DNA of 64,000 nt from positions 1,433-65,432 of the forward strand of contig JAHCLD010000001.1 in the NCBI GenBank assembly GCA_026125585.1. The letters are read 5' to 3'. The DNA comes from Burkholderiales bacterium (lineage in GTDB: Bacteria > Pseudomonadota > Gammaproteobacteria > Burkholderiales > SG8-41). The translations under genes were made by a program, and so were the position numbers. A model generated the notes under the pieces. It saw only the letters and a program-made list of their open reading frames with translations. It was not told the origin of the DNA and ran no database searches. This document shows, one piece after another, positions 1 to 11,281 of the stretch (position 1 is the first letter of the stretch; each line of letters opens with the position of its first letter).

Positions 1-1631
<1,631 letters not shown>

Positions 1632-1649
1632 ACGCCGGCTGACCGCGGC

Positions 1650-2396
1650 CTACAGCAGCAAATCGTTCTCCGCCGGCGCGGCCGCGGTTTCCCGCGGAAA
1701 GATGTCCTTGTAGCTCGCGTAGATCGAGCACACCAGCACCGGCAGCAGCACGATCAGGCCGAGCATCAGCGGTATCGACGCGAGCAGGATCAGCAGGAAC
1801 CCGAACGCGCCGTAGACCAGGAAGGGCAGCGTGTTGCGCCAGCAGGCGGAGAGCGAGGTCTGCATGGCCGCCAGCGGCGGCAGGTCGCGGAACACGATCA
1901 GCAGCGGGGCGAACCATACCGCCATCAGCACCGGCAGGAAGACCGCCATGCCGATGGCGACGCCGGTCAACAGGCCGCGCATCGCGGTGCGCATGGCCTC
2001 GATGTCGCCGGCGGACTTGCCGAGCAGCGCCTCCATCGCCGTGCCGCCGGCGACGCCGAGCATCACGGCGACGGCCACGATGTTGCCGACCAGGTAGACG
2101 CCGCCGACGGTGATCAGCGGGTTGGCGTGGGTTTTGAAGGCGGCGAAGAGCTGGCCGATTTCCGGCTCGTCGTCCCCGTCGGTGCTGCGGCAGGCCATCA
2201 TCAGTCCGGCGAAAAACACCGGCGACAGCAGGTTGATCGCCAGCGCGCCGATCAGCGGCACCATCACGGCGGCGAACCAGACGACCGCCATCACCACCAG
2301 CAGCGCGATCCAGGTCAGCGGCTGCTTGCGGAAAATCCGGAATCCTTCGGCGATCCACTCCCAGCCCCTGCCGGCGGCCACGGTGTTGATCTGCAT
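1650..2396 (-). CDS. multi-pass inner-membrane protein of unknown function (BPSS1780-like by recollection)
   Basis: ORF 1650..2540 trimmed to internal Met (MQINTVAAGRGWEWIAEGFRIF). Several hydrophobic helices. Family assignment is from memory only. Confidence 0.55.
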   Translation of the reverse strand: MQINTVAAGRGWEWIAEGFRIFRKQPLTWIALLVVMAVVWFAAVMVPLIGALAINLLSPVFFAGLMMACRSTDGDDEPEIGQLFAAFKTHANPLITVGGVYLVGNIVAVAVMLGVAGGTAMEALLGKSAGDIEAMRTAMRGLLTGVAIGMAVFLPVLMAVWFAPLLIVFRDLPPLAAMQTSLSACWRNTLPFLVYGAFGFLLILLASIPLMLGLIVLLPVLVCSIYASYKDIFPRETAAAPAENDLLL

Positions 2397-2457
2397 GTCG
2401 CTGGTCTGCACGTCGCGTTTCCTCACGGGGTGATTATAGACGCTGCCGGTGCGCGGC

Positions 2458-3414
2458 TCAGCCGGCCAGCCCCGGCAGCGCGTGTTCGTCGCGGATGCGC
2501 AGTTCGAGGATGCGCCGGAAATGCCCGGGATCCTTGGCATGGGTCAGCTCGCCCGGCCGCGGCAGGTGGAAATCGTACAGCCGCGACACCCAGAAGCGCA
2601 GGGCGCCGGCGCGCAGCATGACCGGCCAGGCGCCGCGCTCGATCGGCGTCCACGGGCGCACCGCGGCGTAGGCGTCGAGAAAGGCGCGGGTGCGCGCGGG
2701 GTCCAGCGTGCCGTCGGCGGCGATGCACCAGTCGTTGACGGCGATGGCCACATCGTAGAGCAGCGCATCGGTGCAAGCGAAATAGAAGTCGATGATGCCG
2801 GCGACGCGGTCGCCCGCGAACAGCGCGTTGTCGCGGAACAGGTCGGCGTGGATCGCGCCGCGCGGCAGGTCGGAAAAGCGGTACAGCGACTGGAAGCGGA
2901 TTTCTTCCCGCAGCAGCGCGGCTTCCTGCTGCGGCAGGAACGGCAGGATCTCGGGCAGCACGCCCTTCCACCATTTCGGACCGCGCGGGTTGTCCATCGT
3001 CGCCGGGTAGGACCGTCCGGCGAGATGCAGCCGGGCGAGCACGGCGCCGATCGCCGCACACTGGCTGACACCCGGTTCGGCCACGTCGGCGCCCTCGAGA
3101 CGCGCGACCAGCGCCGCGGGCTTGCCGTTGAGGGTGCCGAGGTAACTGCCGGTCCGGTTGGCCACGGGGTGCGCGCTGGGCACACCGCGCTCGGCGAGGT
3201 GGGCCATCAGGTTCAGGTAGAACGGCAGTTCCTGCGCGGTGAGCTTCTCGAACAGCGTCAGCACATAGCGGCCGCCGCTGGTGGTCACGAAATAGTTGGT
3301 GTTCTCGATGCCGGCGGAGATGCCCTGCAGGTCGGCGAGTTCGCCGACGTCGTAGTCCCGCAGCCAGCGGCGCAGTTCATCGGCGCCAACGGTGGTGTAA
3401 ACGGACATGGTCAT
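2458..3414 (-). CDS. thrB: homoserine kinase (ThrB type II, phosphotransferase fold)
   Basis: 318 aa. N-terminus MSVYTTVGADELRRWLRDYDVGELADLQGISAGIENTNYFV and IHADLFRDN catalytic loop are typical of the pseudomonad/betaproteobacterial ThrB. Confidence 0.85.
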   Translation of the reverse strand: MTMSVYTTVGADELRRWLRDYDVGELADLQGISAGIENTNYFVTTSGGRYVLTLFEKLTAQELPFYLNLMAHLAERGVPSAHPVANRTGSYLGTLNGKPAALVARLEGADVAEPGVSQCAAIGAVLARLHLAGRSYPATMDNPRGPKWWKGVLPEILPFLPQQEAALLREEIRFQSLYRFSDLPRGAIHADLFRDNALFAGDRVAGIIDFYFACTDALLYDVAIAVNDWCIAADGTLDPARTRAFLDAYAAVRPWTPIERGAWPVMLRAGALRFWVSRLYDFHLPRPGELTHAKDPGHFRRILELRIRDEHALPGLAG

Positions 3415-3461
3415 CCGCGCGCCGCGGCGCGCTCAACGCAGGGGTAATCGGCGGTGCCGGC

Positions 3462-3806
3462 TCAGAACTGGTGGATGATCCACATCGGCGGCCGGATGCC
3501 GCTGTCGTGGGCTTCCTGGCGCGCGAACTTGCCGTCGCCGCGCTCATCGATCATGTAATAGGGCCGGCCGCCGGGCGGCGTGACCTTGAGCATGTAGAGC
3601 TTGCCGCCGATGCGGTATTCCTCCACGGTGTCTTCGCCCTGCTTGCGGATGGTCACCTGCGGTTCCAGCGTCGGGTCGAGTTCGAAGCCGCGCGGGGGCG
3701 GCGGCGGCTCGGGGATCGGCTGGGCCTTCGATGGGTCCTGCGCGGCGGCCGGCAGCACGGCGGCCAGCGCGGCGGCGATCAGGAGGCGTTGCAGGATGTG
3801 TCGCAT
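3462..3806 (-). CDS. small periplasmic protein (DUF2782-like)
   Basis: ORF 3462..3995 trimmed to Met preceding a signal peptide (MRHILQRLLIAAALAAVLPAAAQ). Pro-rich linker. Conserved position divergent from polA. Confidence 0.65.
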   Translation of the reverse strand: MRHILQRLLIAAALAAVLPAAAQDPSKAQPIPEPPPPPRGFELDPTLEPQVTIRKQGEDTVEEYRIGGKLYMLKVTPPGGRPYYMIDERGDGKFARQEAHDSGIRPPMWIIHQF

Positions 3807-3993
3807 TATGGGGGCTCCGGTAGCGGCCATTATCCGGTTTTTGGCGCGCTTTTGAAAGGCGATCGCGGCGCGGCGGGCGGCAGCCGCCGCGTCAACTCTG
3901 CGATAATTCCGCCCAATCCGGCGCCGAACGGGCAATGTGTTCCGGCAGTGCGTTCCGCAACCGCCTTTTTCACCCACGCTGCATGGCCTCCGC

Positions 3994-6726
3994 ATGAAAA
4001 CCCTGCTACTCGTCGACGGTTCTTCCTATCTTTATCGCGCATTCCATGCGATACGCGAACTGAGCACCAGCCGCGGCGAGCCGACCAACGCCATCTACGG
4101 CGTGCTCAACATGCTGCGCCGGCTGCACAAGGACGTGCCGGCGGAGTACAGCGCCTGCGTGTTCGATGCCAAGGGCAAAACCTTCCGCGACGATCTTTAT
4201 CCCGAATACAAGGCCAACCGGCCGCCGATGCCCGACGAGCTGGCTTCGCAGATCGCGCCGCTGAAGGAGGCGATCGTCGCGATGGGCTGGCCGCTGCTCG
4301 AGGTCGAAGGCGTGGAGGCCGACGACGTGATCGGCACCCTGGCGCGCCAGGCCGAGCAGGCCGGCATGCGGGTGGTGATCTCCACCGGCGACAAGGACAT
4401 CACGCAACTGGTGACGCCGCAGGTGACGCTGGTCAACACCATGTCCAACGAAACGCTGGATGTGGCCGGCGTCGAAAAAAAATTCGGCGTACCGCCGGAA
4501 CGCATCATCGATTACCTGACACTGATCGGCGACAGTGTCGACAACGTGCCGGGCGTGCCGAAGGTCGGGCCGAAGACCGCGGTGAAATGGCTGGCGCAGT
4601 ACGGCACGCTGGACGACATCGTCAGGCACGCGCCCGACATCGGCGGCGCGGTCGGCCAGAACCTGCGCGATGCGCTGGACTGGCTGCCGCAGGCGCGGGA
4701 ACTGCTGACCATCCGCTGCGACGTGCCGCTGCCGGTGCGGCTGCAGGACCTGGCGCCGCAGCCGCAGGACCGGGAGAAACTCGCGACGCTGTTCGACCGT
4801 TTCGAATTCAGGACCTGGCGCCGCGAGCTCGACGGCGGCGAGGCCGCGGTGCCCGGGGCATCCGCCGCTACGCCGGCGGAAACGGCGCCGGTGCAGGCGG
4901 AGGCGCCCCAGCCTCGATCTCCGCGGCGTTATGAGACCGTGACCACGCCCGGGGCGCTGGCGCAATGGCTGGCGCGCATCGAAGCCGCGCCGCTGACCGC
5001 GGTGGATACCGAAACCACCAGCCTCGATGCGCTGGCGGCGGAACTGGTCGGCATTTCGCTGGCGGTGGAACCGGGGCAGGCTGCCTACATACCGGTGGGT
5101 CATGTCTATGCCGGCGCGCCGGAGCAGTTGCCGCGCGACCAGGTGCTGGCCGCGCTGAAACCCTGGCTGGAAAATCCGCAGCGCGCCAAGCTCGGCCAGC
5201 ACTTCAAGTACGACATGCACGTGTTCGCGAATTACGGCCTGCGGGTGGCCGGCGTGGCCCACGACACGCTGCTGGAGTCCTATGTCCTGGAAAGCCACCA
5301 GCGGCACGACATGGATTCCATGGCGCAAAGAATTTTATCAATAAAAACAATAACTTACGATGAAGTCACGGGCAAGGGTGCGAAACGCATCGGTTTCGAG
5401 CAGGTGGCCGTCGAGCACGCTGCCGAATATGCCGCCGAAGACGCGGACGTCACGCTGCAACTGCACCGCGCGCTGCAGCCGCGCGTCGCGGCGGACGCGA
5501 AACTGAACCATATCTACACCGACATCGAGATGCCGGCGATGCAGGTGCTGTACGCGATGGAATGCAACGGCGTGCTGCTCGACGAGAAACTGCTGGGCGA
5601 ACTGTCGGCGGAGTTCGGCGCCAAGATGCTCGACATCGAGAAGCGCGCGCACGAGCAGGCCGGCCAGCCGTTCAACCTCAGTTCGCCGAAACAGATCCAG
5701 GAAGTGCTGTTCGAAAAGCAGGGTCTGAAGCCGGTCAAGAAAACGCCTGGCGGGGCACCCTCCACCGACGAGGAATCGCTCGAAGAACTGGCGCTCGACC
5801 ACCCGCTGCCGAAGCTGATCCTCGACTACCGCGGGCTGGCGAAACTGAAGTCGACCTACACCGACAAGCTGCCCGGCATGGTCAACCGCAGGACCGGGCG
5901 CGTGCACACCAGCTACGGCCAGGCCACCGCGGTGACCGGGCGGCTGGCGAGCAGCGATCCCAACCTGCAGAACATCCCGATCCGCACCGCGGAAGGCCGG
6001 CGCATCCGCGAGGCCTTCGTCGCGCCGCCCGGCGCGCAGATCGTGTCGGCCGACTATTCGCAGATCGAGCTGCGCATCATGGCGCACATTTCGAAGGACG
6101 AAAGCCTGCTCGGGGCCTTCGCCGCCGGCGAGGACATCCACCGCGCGACCGCGGCGGAGATTTTCGGCGTCGACCTCGCCGCCGTCGACAGCGAGCAGCG
6201 GCGCTACGCCAAGGTCATCAACTTCGGCCTGATCTACGGCATGTCGGCCTTCGGGCTCGCCCGCCAGCTCGGCATCGAGCGCGCCGCCGCGCAGCAGTAC
6301 ATGGACCGCTATTTCCAGCGTTATCCGGGCGTCGCCGAATACATGCGCGTCACCCGCGAGCAGGCGCGCGAGCAGGGCTACGTCGAAACCGTGTTCGGCC
6401 GCCGGCTGTGGCTGCCGGAAATCCGCAGCAGCAACGCAGCGCGGCGCCAGGGCGCCGAACGCGCGGCGATCAACGCGCCGATGCAGGGCACCGCCGCCGA
6501 CCTGATCAAGCTGGCGATGATCGCCGTGCAGCGCTGGCTGACCGAAGAAGGGATGCAGTCGAAGCTGATCATGCAGGTGCACGACGAGCTGGTGCTGGAA
6601 GTGCCGGACGCGGAACTGGCTGCGGTCAAATCCGGACTGACGCGCCTGATGGGCGGCGTCGCCGAACTGGCGGTGCCGCTGCTGGTGGAAGTCGGCGCCG
6701 GTCCGGACTGGGACAAGGCGCACTGA
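3994..6726 (+). CDS. polA: DNA polymerase I
   Basis: ORF 3937..6726 trimmed to MKTLLLVDGSSYLYRAFHA (5' nuclease N-terminus). Has a 3'-5' exo region and polymerase motifs DYSQIELRIMAH, RRYAKVINFGLIYG, QVHDELVLE. Confidence 0.95.
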   Translation: MKTLLLVDGSSYLYRAFHAIRELSTSRGEPTNAIYGVLNMLRRLHKDVPAEYSACVFDAKGKTFRDDLYPEYKANRPPMPDELASQIAPLKEAIVAMGWPLLEVEGVEADDVIGTLARQAEQAGMRVVISTGDKDITQLVTPQVTLVNTMSNETLDVAGVEKKFGVPPERIIDYLTLIGDSVDNVPGVPKVGPKTAVKWLAQYGTLDDIVRHAPDIGGAVGQNLRDALDWLPQARELLTIRCDVPLPVRLQDLAPQPQDREKLATLFDRFEFRTWRRELDGGEAAVPGASAATPAETAPVQAEAPQPRSPRRYETVTTPGALAQWLARIEAAPLTAVDTETTSLDALAAELVGISLAVEPGQAAYIPVGHVYAGAPEQLPRDQVLAALKPWLENPQRAKLGQHFKYDMHVFANYGLRVAGVAHDTLLESYVLESHQRHDMDSMAQRILSIKTITYDEVTGKGAKRIGFEQVAVEHAAEYAAEDADVTLQLHRALQPRVAADAKLNHIYTDIEMPAMQVLYAMECNGVLLDEKLLGELSAEFGAKMLDIEKRAHEQAGQPFNLSSPKQIQEVLFEKQGLKPVKKTPGGAPSTDEESLEELALDHPLPKLILDYRGLAKLKSTYTDKLPGMVNRRTGRVHTSYGQATAVTGRLASSDPNLQNIPIRTAEGRRIREAFVAPPGAQIVSADYSQIELRIMAHISKDESLLGAFAAGEDIHRATAAEIFGVDLAAVDSEQRRYAKVINFGLIYGMSAFGLARQLGIERAAAQQYMDRYFQRYPGVAEYMRVTREQAREQGYVETVFGRRLWLPEIRSSNAARRQGAERAAINAPMQGTAADLIKLAMIAVQRWLTEEGMQSKLIMQVHDELVLEVPDAELAAVKSGLTRLMGGVAELAVPLLVEVGAGPDWDKAH
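5326..5364 (+). repeat. AT-rich box copy A, embedded in frame inside polA
   Basis: caa aga att tta tca ata aaa aca ata act tac gat gaa. Shares 22 identical nt (5336-5357) with copy D (42693-42714). Confidence 0.8.
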
Positions 6727-6755
6727 GGGCGCACTGAGGTCTTGCCGGGGCCGCC

Positions 6756-7577
6756 ATGACCGCGCAGTCCGACCACTGGAGCCAGCACGCGCGGCAATGG
6801 TCGCTGATCGGACCGCCGTTGCGTCCGGCGGCGGCGGACATCCGCTGGATTGAAACCAGGATTCGCGATTGGCAGCGCCAGGGCGGAGCGGTGATGCCAC
6901 GGGCGCTGCTGTGCGGCGTGACGCCGGAGATCGCGGGCATGCGCTGGCCGACCGGCACCCGGCTCGTCGCCGTCGACCACTCGCGGCCGATGATCGCCGG
7001 CGTGTGGCCCGCGGCTGCGGCGCCGGGCATTGCGGTATGCGGCGACTGGCTGTCGCTGCCGCTGGCGGACGCATCGCAGCAGTTGCTGGTCGGCGACGGC
7101 TGCCACAGCCTGCTGGTCGGCCGCGACCGCCATGCCGCGTTCACGCGGGAATTGCGCCGCGTCGCCGCGCCGGGGGCGCTGTTGCTGATGCGTCATTTCA
7201 CGCGCCCGGAGGCGGCGGAGCCGGTGGCCGCGGTCGTCGACGATCTGTGGCGCGGCCGCATCGGCAATTTTCACGTGTTCAAGTGGCGGCTGGCGATGGC
7301 GCTGCACGGCACGCCCGAGCAGGGCGTCCGGCTCGGCGACATCTGGAACGCCTGGCGCGAGGCGGTGCCCGATCCGGAGGTGCTGGCCGCGCAGCTCGGC
7401 TGGCGGACCGACGTCATCGCAACCATCGACAACTACCGCGATGTCGACACCCGCTACACTTTTCCGACGCGCGCCGAAGCGCGCGGCTTCGCCGCCGGTT
7501 TCGACGTCGTCGCCGAGCACCTGCCGGACTACGAACTCGGCGAGCGCTGTCCGACGCTGGCGATGCGCCCGCGATGA
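6756..7577 (+). CDS. putative SAM-dependent methyltransferase
   Basis: 273 aa. Weak class I methyltransferase-like core (ALLCGVTPEIAG ... LVAVDHS ... LLVGDGC). ATGA overlap with the next gene. Confidence 0.45.
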   Translation: MTAQSDHWSQHARQWSLIGPPLRPAAADIRWIETRIRDWQRQGGAVMPRALLCGVTPEIAGMRWPTGTRLVAVDHSRPMIAGVWPAAAAPGIAVCGDWLSLPLADASQQLLVGDGCHSLLVGRDRHAAFTRELRRVAAPGALLLMRHFTRPEAAEPVAAVVDDLWRGRIGNFHVFKWRLAMALHGTPEQGVRLGDIWNAWREAVPDPEVLAAQLGWRTDVIATIDNYRDVDTRYTFPTRAEARGFAAGFDVVAEHLPDYELGERCPTLAMRPR

Positions 7578-8950
7578 GCGCGCCGGGCACACTTGCCGGC
7601 GTGGCATGGCCGCGGATCGCGGGGCAGACCCGGCGGGAACAACTGCTCGCCTTGCTGCAGCAGTTCGCCGAGGCCGAACGCTGGCCCGCCGGGCTGCTGC
7701 AACAGCATCAGTTGCGGCAACTGGCGCTGACCGTCGCCCATGCCTGCCGCACCGTGCCGTTTTACCAGCAGCGGTTCGGGGCGGCCGGCTACCGCGCCGG
7801 CGATGCGCTGACGCCCGAGCGGTTGCGCGACCTGCCGCTGCTGACCCGGCGCGACATACAGGACGCCGGCGCGGCCTTACGCAGCAGCGCGATTCCGCCG
7901 CAGTTCGGCGCCGTGCACGAAAACCGCACTTCCGGCGCCACGGGCCAGCCGGTGCAGGTCACCCGCACGGCGCTCGACGCATTGATCTGGCAGGCGAACA
8001 CGCTGCGCGACCACCGATGGCACCGGCGCGATCCCTCGCTCAAACTGGCCGCGATCCGCGCCCTGCCGCCGGGAGACGCCGATCCGCCGCTCGGCGTGAC
8101 CGCGGCCGGCTGGGGCGCGGCATCGGAAGCGCTGGGGCCCACCGGCCCGGCGGCGCTATTGACCCTGAACGCCGACGTCGCGGTGCAGGCGGCATGGCTG
8201 CGCCGGCACGCGCCCGGTTACCTGCTGACCTATCCGAGCAACCTCGCCGCCCTGCTGGCGCATTTCGCCCGCGCCGGCGAGCGCCTGCCGGGATTGCGGG
8301 CGGTGCTGACGGTCGGCGAAACGGTATCCGCGGCGCTGCGCGCGGCCTGCGGCGAAACGCTGGGCGTCGGCATCGAGGATGTCTACAGCTCGCAGGAACT
8401 CGGTTATATCGCGCTGCAGTGCCCCGTCTCCGGGCAGTACCACGTGATGGCGGAAAGCGTGCTGGTCGAGGTGCTCGATGCGGAGGGCCGGCCTTGCGCG
8501 CCGGGCGAGACCGGACGGCTGGTCATCAGCAGCCTGCACAACCACGCGACGCCGCTGATCCGCTACGAATTGCGCGATCATGCCGAGGTCGGCGGGCCCT
8601 GCGCCTGCGGCCGCACGCTGCCGACGCTGGCGCGCATCGCCGGGCGCAGCCGCAACATGGTGCGGCTGCCCGACGGCAGCATGCACTGGCCGATGGTCGG
8701 GTTCCACCGGTTCCGCGAAATCGCGCCGGTCCGGCAATACCAGATGGTGCAGCGCGCGCCGGACGCGATCGAGGTACGGCTCGCCTGCGATCGCGCGCTT
8801 GGCGCCGTGGAGGAGGCTCAACTGGGCGAAGTGATCCGGAACGCCCTCGGCCATCCGTTCAGGCTGGATTTCGCCTATTTCGAAGGCGAACTGCCGCGCG
8901 CGCCCAACGGCAAGTTCGAGGAATTCGTCTGCGCGATTCCCGCCGATTGA
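7574..8950 (+). CDS. adenylate-forming enzyme, phenylacetate-CoA ligase / F390-synthetase-like family
   Basis: Start taken at the ATG overlapping the upstream stop (ATGA at 7574). Motifs NRTSGATGQPV (AMP-binding P-loop), YSSQELGYIA, GRSRNMVRLPDG. Confidence 0.7.
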   Translation: MSAPGTLAGVAWPRIAGQTRREQLLALLQQFAEAERWPAGLLQQHQLRQLALTVAHACRTVPFYQQRFGAAGYRAGDALTPERLRDLPLLTRRDIQDAGAALRSSAIPPQFGAVHENRTSGATGQPVQVTRTALDALIWQANTLRDHRWHRRDPSLKLAAIRALPPGDADPPLGVTAAGWGAASEALGPTGPAALLTLNADVAVQAAWLRRHAPGYLLTYPSNLAALLAHFARAGERLPGLRAVLTVGETVSAALRAACGETLGVGIEDVYSSQELGYIALQCPVSGQYHVMAESVLVEVLDAEGRPCAPGETGRLVISSLHNHATPLIRYELRDHAEVGGPCACGRTLPTLARIAGRSRNMVRLPDGSMHWPMVGFHRFREIAPVRQYQMVQRAPDAIEVRLACDRALGAVEEAQLGEVIRNALGHPFRLDFAYFEGELPRAPNGKFEEFVCAIPAD

Positions 8951-9628
8951 TCAGCGCAGCGCGCCGAACACTTTCTTGACGATGCTGCTCGCCGCGCCGA
9001 CCGGGTTCTGGCGGAACGACTTTTCCTGCTCGGCGATCATCAGGTAGAGGCCGTCGAGCGCCTTGCGCGTGACATAGGTTTCGATCGACGCGTCCTCGCC
9101 CTTGACCAGGCCCAGCTTCGCGCCCTGGCCGGCGAGGTTGTTGTACTGCTGGGCGAGGCCGACGCGGTCGGTGGCCTTTTTGACGATGGGCAGGAAGCGC
9201 TGCGTCAGCTGCGCCGAGGTGCTGCGCTTGAAATACTCGGTCGCCGCGGTGTCGCCGCCGGTCAGGATGCCTTTCGCGTCCTGCACCGACATCTTCTTGA
9301 CGGCATCGACCAGCAGCTGTTTCGCTTCCGGGGCGGCGGCCTCGGCCGCGCGATTCATCGACAGCACCAGTTCGTCGGCCTGCCGTTTCATGCCCATCAT
9401 GCGCATCGCGCCCTCGATTTTCTGCAGGCTGGGCGGCAGCGGGATCTTGACCTTGGCGTTGGCGAAATAGCCGTTTTCCGCGCCCAGCATTTTCACCGCG
9501 GCGGCGGAACCATCCGTCAATGCCTGCCTCAAACCGCTGACGGCATCGGCGTTGGAGATGTCGGCGATGCCCGCGCCCGCGGGCAGGCTGGTGACAAGGC
9601 ACAGCAGAAAACCGAAAATACGCATCAT
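8951..9628 (-). CDS. periplasmic protein, DUF4197-like
   Basis: ORF 8951..9643 trimmed to MMRIFGFLLCLV preceded by GGGGAG. Signal peptide, then helical repeats typical of DUF4197 as I recall it. Confidence 0.65.
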   Translation of the reverse strand: MMRIFGFLLCLVTSLPAGAGIADISNADAVSGLRQALTDGSAAAVKMLGAENGYFANAKVKIPLPPSLQKIEGAMRMMGMKRQADELVLSMNRAAEAAAPEAKQLLVDAVKKMSVQDAKGILTGGDTAATEYFKRSTSAQLTQRFLPIVKKATDRVGLAQQYNNLAGQGAKLGLVKGEDASIETYVTRKALDGLYLMIAEQEKSFRQNPVGAASSIVKKVFGALR

Positions 9629-9669
9629 GACCGGACTCCCCATTTTCGTTTGATTGGCGGCATGCAGAA

Positions 9670-10170
9670 ATGAAATCGCGAAACCTCATTCTAGCCGCAG
9701 TGGTCGCCGGCGCAATAGCCTTTGCCGCGTTTGCGATCTGGAACCCCGCGCCGGCGGCGCCGCAGGTGACTTTCGTGTCCCTCCAGGGCGAGAAAATCAC
9801 CACCGGAAGCCTGCGCGGCAAGGTCGTCCTGGTCAATTTCTGGGCCACGGACTGCGCGACCTGCATCAAGGAGATGCCGGACATCACCGCGACCTACAAC
9901 AAGTACCGCGCCCGGGGCTTCGAAACCATCGCGGTGGCGATGCGCCACGATCCGCCGAACTACGTGCTGAACTATGTCGAAAAGAACAAACTCCCCTTCA
10001 CGGTCGCGCTGGATCCGATGGGCGAGCTGGCGAAGGCTTTCGGCGAAGTGAAGCTGACGCCGACGACCTTCGTGATCGACAAGAACGGCAGGCTGGTCAC
10101 GCGCATCCTTGGCGAACCGGATTTCGCGAAGCTGCATGCGCTGCTGGAGGAAAAGCTTCAAGAGCTTTAG
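9670..10170 (+). CDS. TlpA-family thiol:disulfide oxidoreductase (thioredoxin fold)
   Basis: 166 aa. N-terminal membrane anchor and WATDCATC (CxxC) active site. Confidence 0.8.
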   Translation: MKSRNLILAAVVAGAIAFAAFAIWNPAPAAPQVTFVSLQGEKITTGSLRGKVVLVNFWATDCATCIKEMPDITATYNKYRARGFETIAVAMRHDPPNYVLNYVEKNKLPFTVALDPMGELAKAFGEVKLTPTTFVIDKNGRLVTRILGEPDFAKLHALLEEKLQEL

Positions 10171-10342
10171 CCACAGAGGACACAGAGTTCACAGAGGGTC
10201 CCCGAAAGCGTCGACCTGCGGTGCCAGGCAACTTTCACCTTGCACATACGAGCCGTTCCGAAGACCGTCTGTTTTGCCCTGCGTTTTGTTTTTCTCTGTG
10301 CTCTCTGTGCTCTCTGTGTCCTCTGTGCAAAGGGGTTCGCCG
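10171..10342. repeat. inverted-repeat element built from 9-bp-spaced CACAGAG heptamers (REP/MITE-like)
   Basis: Left arm has CACAGAG at 10172, 10181, 10190. Right arm has CTCTGTG at 10294, 10303, 10312, 10321. The arms are reverse complements (CACAGAGGACACAGAG shared). The element fills the whole gap between the convergent tlpA-like and lipA stops. Confidence 0.8.
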
Positions 10343-11281
10343 TCAAACCACCCCGGCCTCGTGCGCCTGCCGGTCGGCGTGGTACGAGGAACGCACCAGC
10401 GGTCCGCTGGCCGCGTGGTTGAAGCCCATGCGCTCCGCTTCCGCGGCATACATCTCGAAAATCTTCGGTTCGACGTAACGCAGCACCGGCAGGTGGTGGG
10501 CCGAGGGCTGCAGGTACTGGCCGATGGTCAGCATGTCGACGTCGTGGGCGCGCAGGTCGCGCATCACGGCGAGGATTTCCTCGTCGGTTTCGCCCAGCCC
10601 CACCATCAGCCCTGACTTGGTCGGGATCTGCGGAAACTTCGCCTTGAAATCCTTCAGCAGCTTCAGCGAATGCGCGTAGTCGGAGCCCGGGCGCGCCTGT
10701 TTGTAGAGCCGTGGCACGGTTTCGAGATTGTGGTTCATCACGTCGGGCGGTCCGGCCGACAGGATGTCGAGTGCGACGTCGAGGCGGCCGCGGAAATCCG
10801 GCACCAGGATTTCGATGCGCGTCTGCGGCGACTGCTCGCGTACGGCGCGGATGCAGTCCTTGAAATGCTGCGCGCCGCCGTCGCGCAGGTCGTCGCGGTC
10901 GACGCTGGTGATGACCACGTACTTGAGTTTCAGCGCGGCGATGGTTTCGGCGAGGTGGCGGGGCTCGTCCGGATCCGGCGGTTTCGGCCGGCCGTGCGCG
11001 ACGTCGCAGAACGGGCAGCGCCGCGTGCACAGGTCGCCGAGGATCATGAAGGTCGCGGTGCCCTTGCCGAAACATTCGCCGATGTTGGGGCAGGTCGCCT
11101 CCTCGCACACGGTGTGCAGCTTCTGCGCGCGCAGGATGTCCTTGATTTCCTGGAAGCGCGCGCTGTTGCCGAGGCGTACGCGGATCCAGTCAGGTTTTTT
11201 CAGCGGCGTCGCCGGCACCACCTTGATCGGTATGCGCGCGGTTTTCGCCCGGCCTTTCTGTTTTTCGCCGGTCGTGGTCAT
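10343..11281 (-). CDS. lipA: lipoyl synthase
   Basis: Radical-SAM and auxiliary cluster motifs [12 protein letters not shown] and CTRRCPFC. Confidence 0.95.
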   Translation of the reverse strand: MTTTGEKQKGRAKTARIPIKVVPATPLKKPDWIRVRLGNSARFQEIKDILRAQKLHTVCEEATCPNIGECFGKGTATFMILGDLCTRRCPFCDVAHGRPKPPDPDEPRHLAETIAALKLKYVVITSVDRDDLRDGGAQHFKDCIRAVREQSPQTRIEILVPDFRGRLDVALDILSAGPPDVMNHNLETVPRLYKQARPGSDYAHSLKLLKDFKAKFPQIPTKSGLMVGLGETDEEILAVMRDLRAHDVDMLTIGQYLQPSAHHLPVLRYVEPKIFEMYAAEAERMGFNHAASGPLVRSSYHADRQAHEAGVV

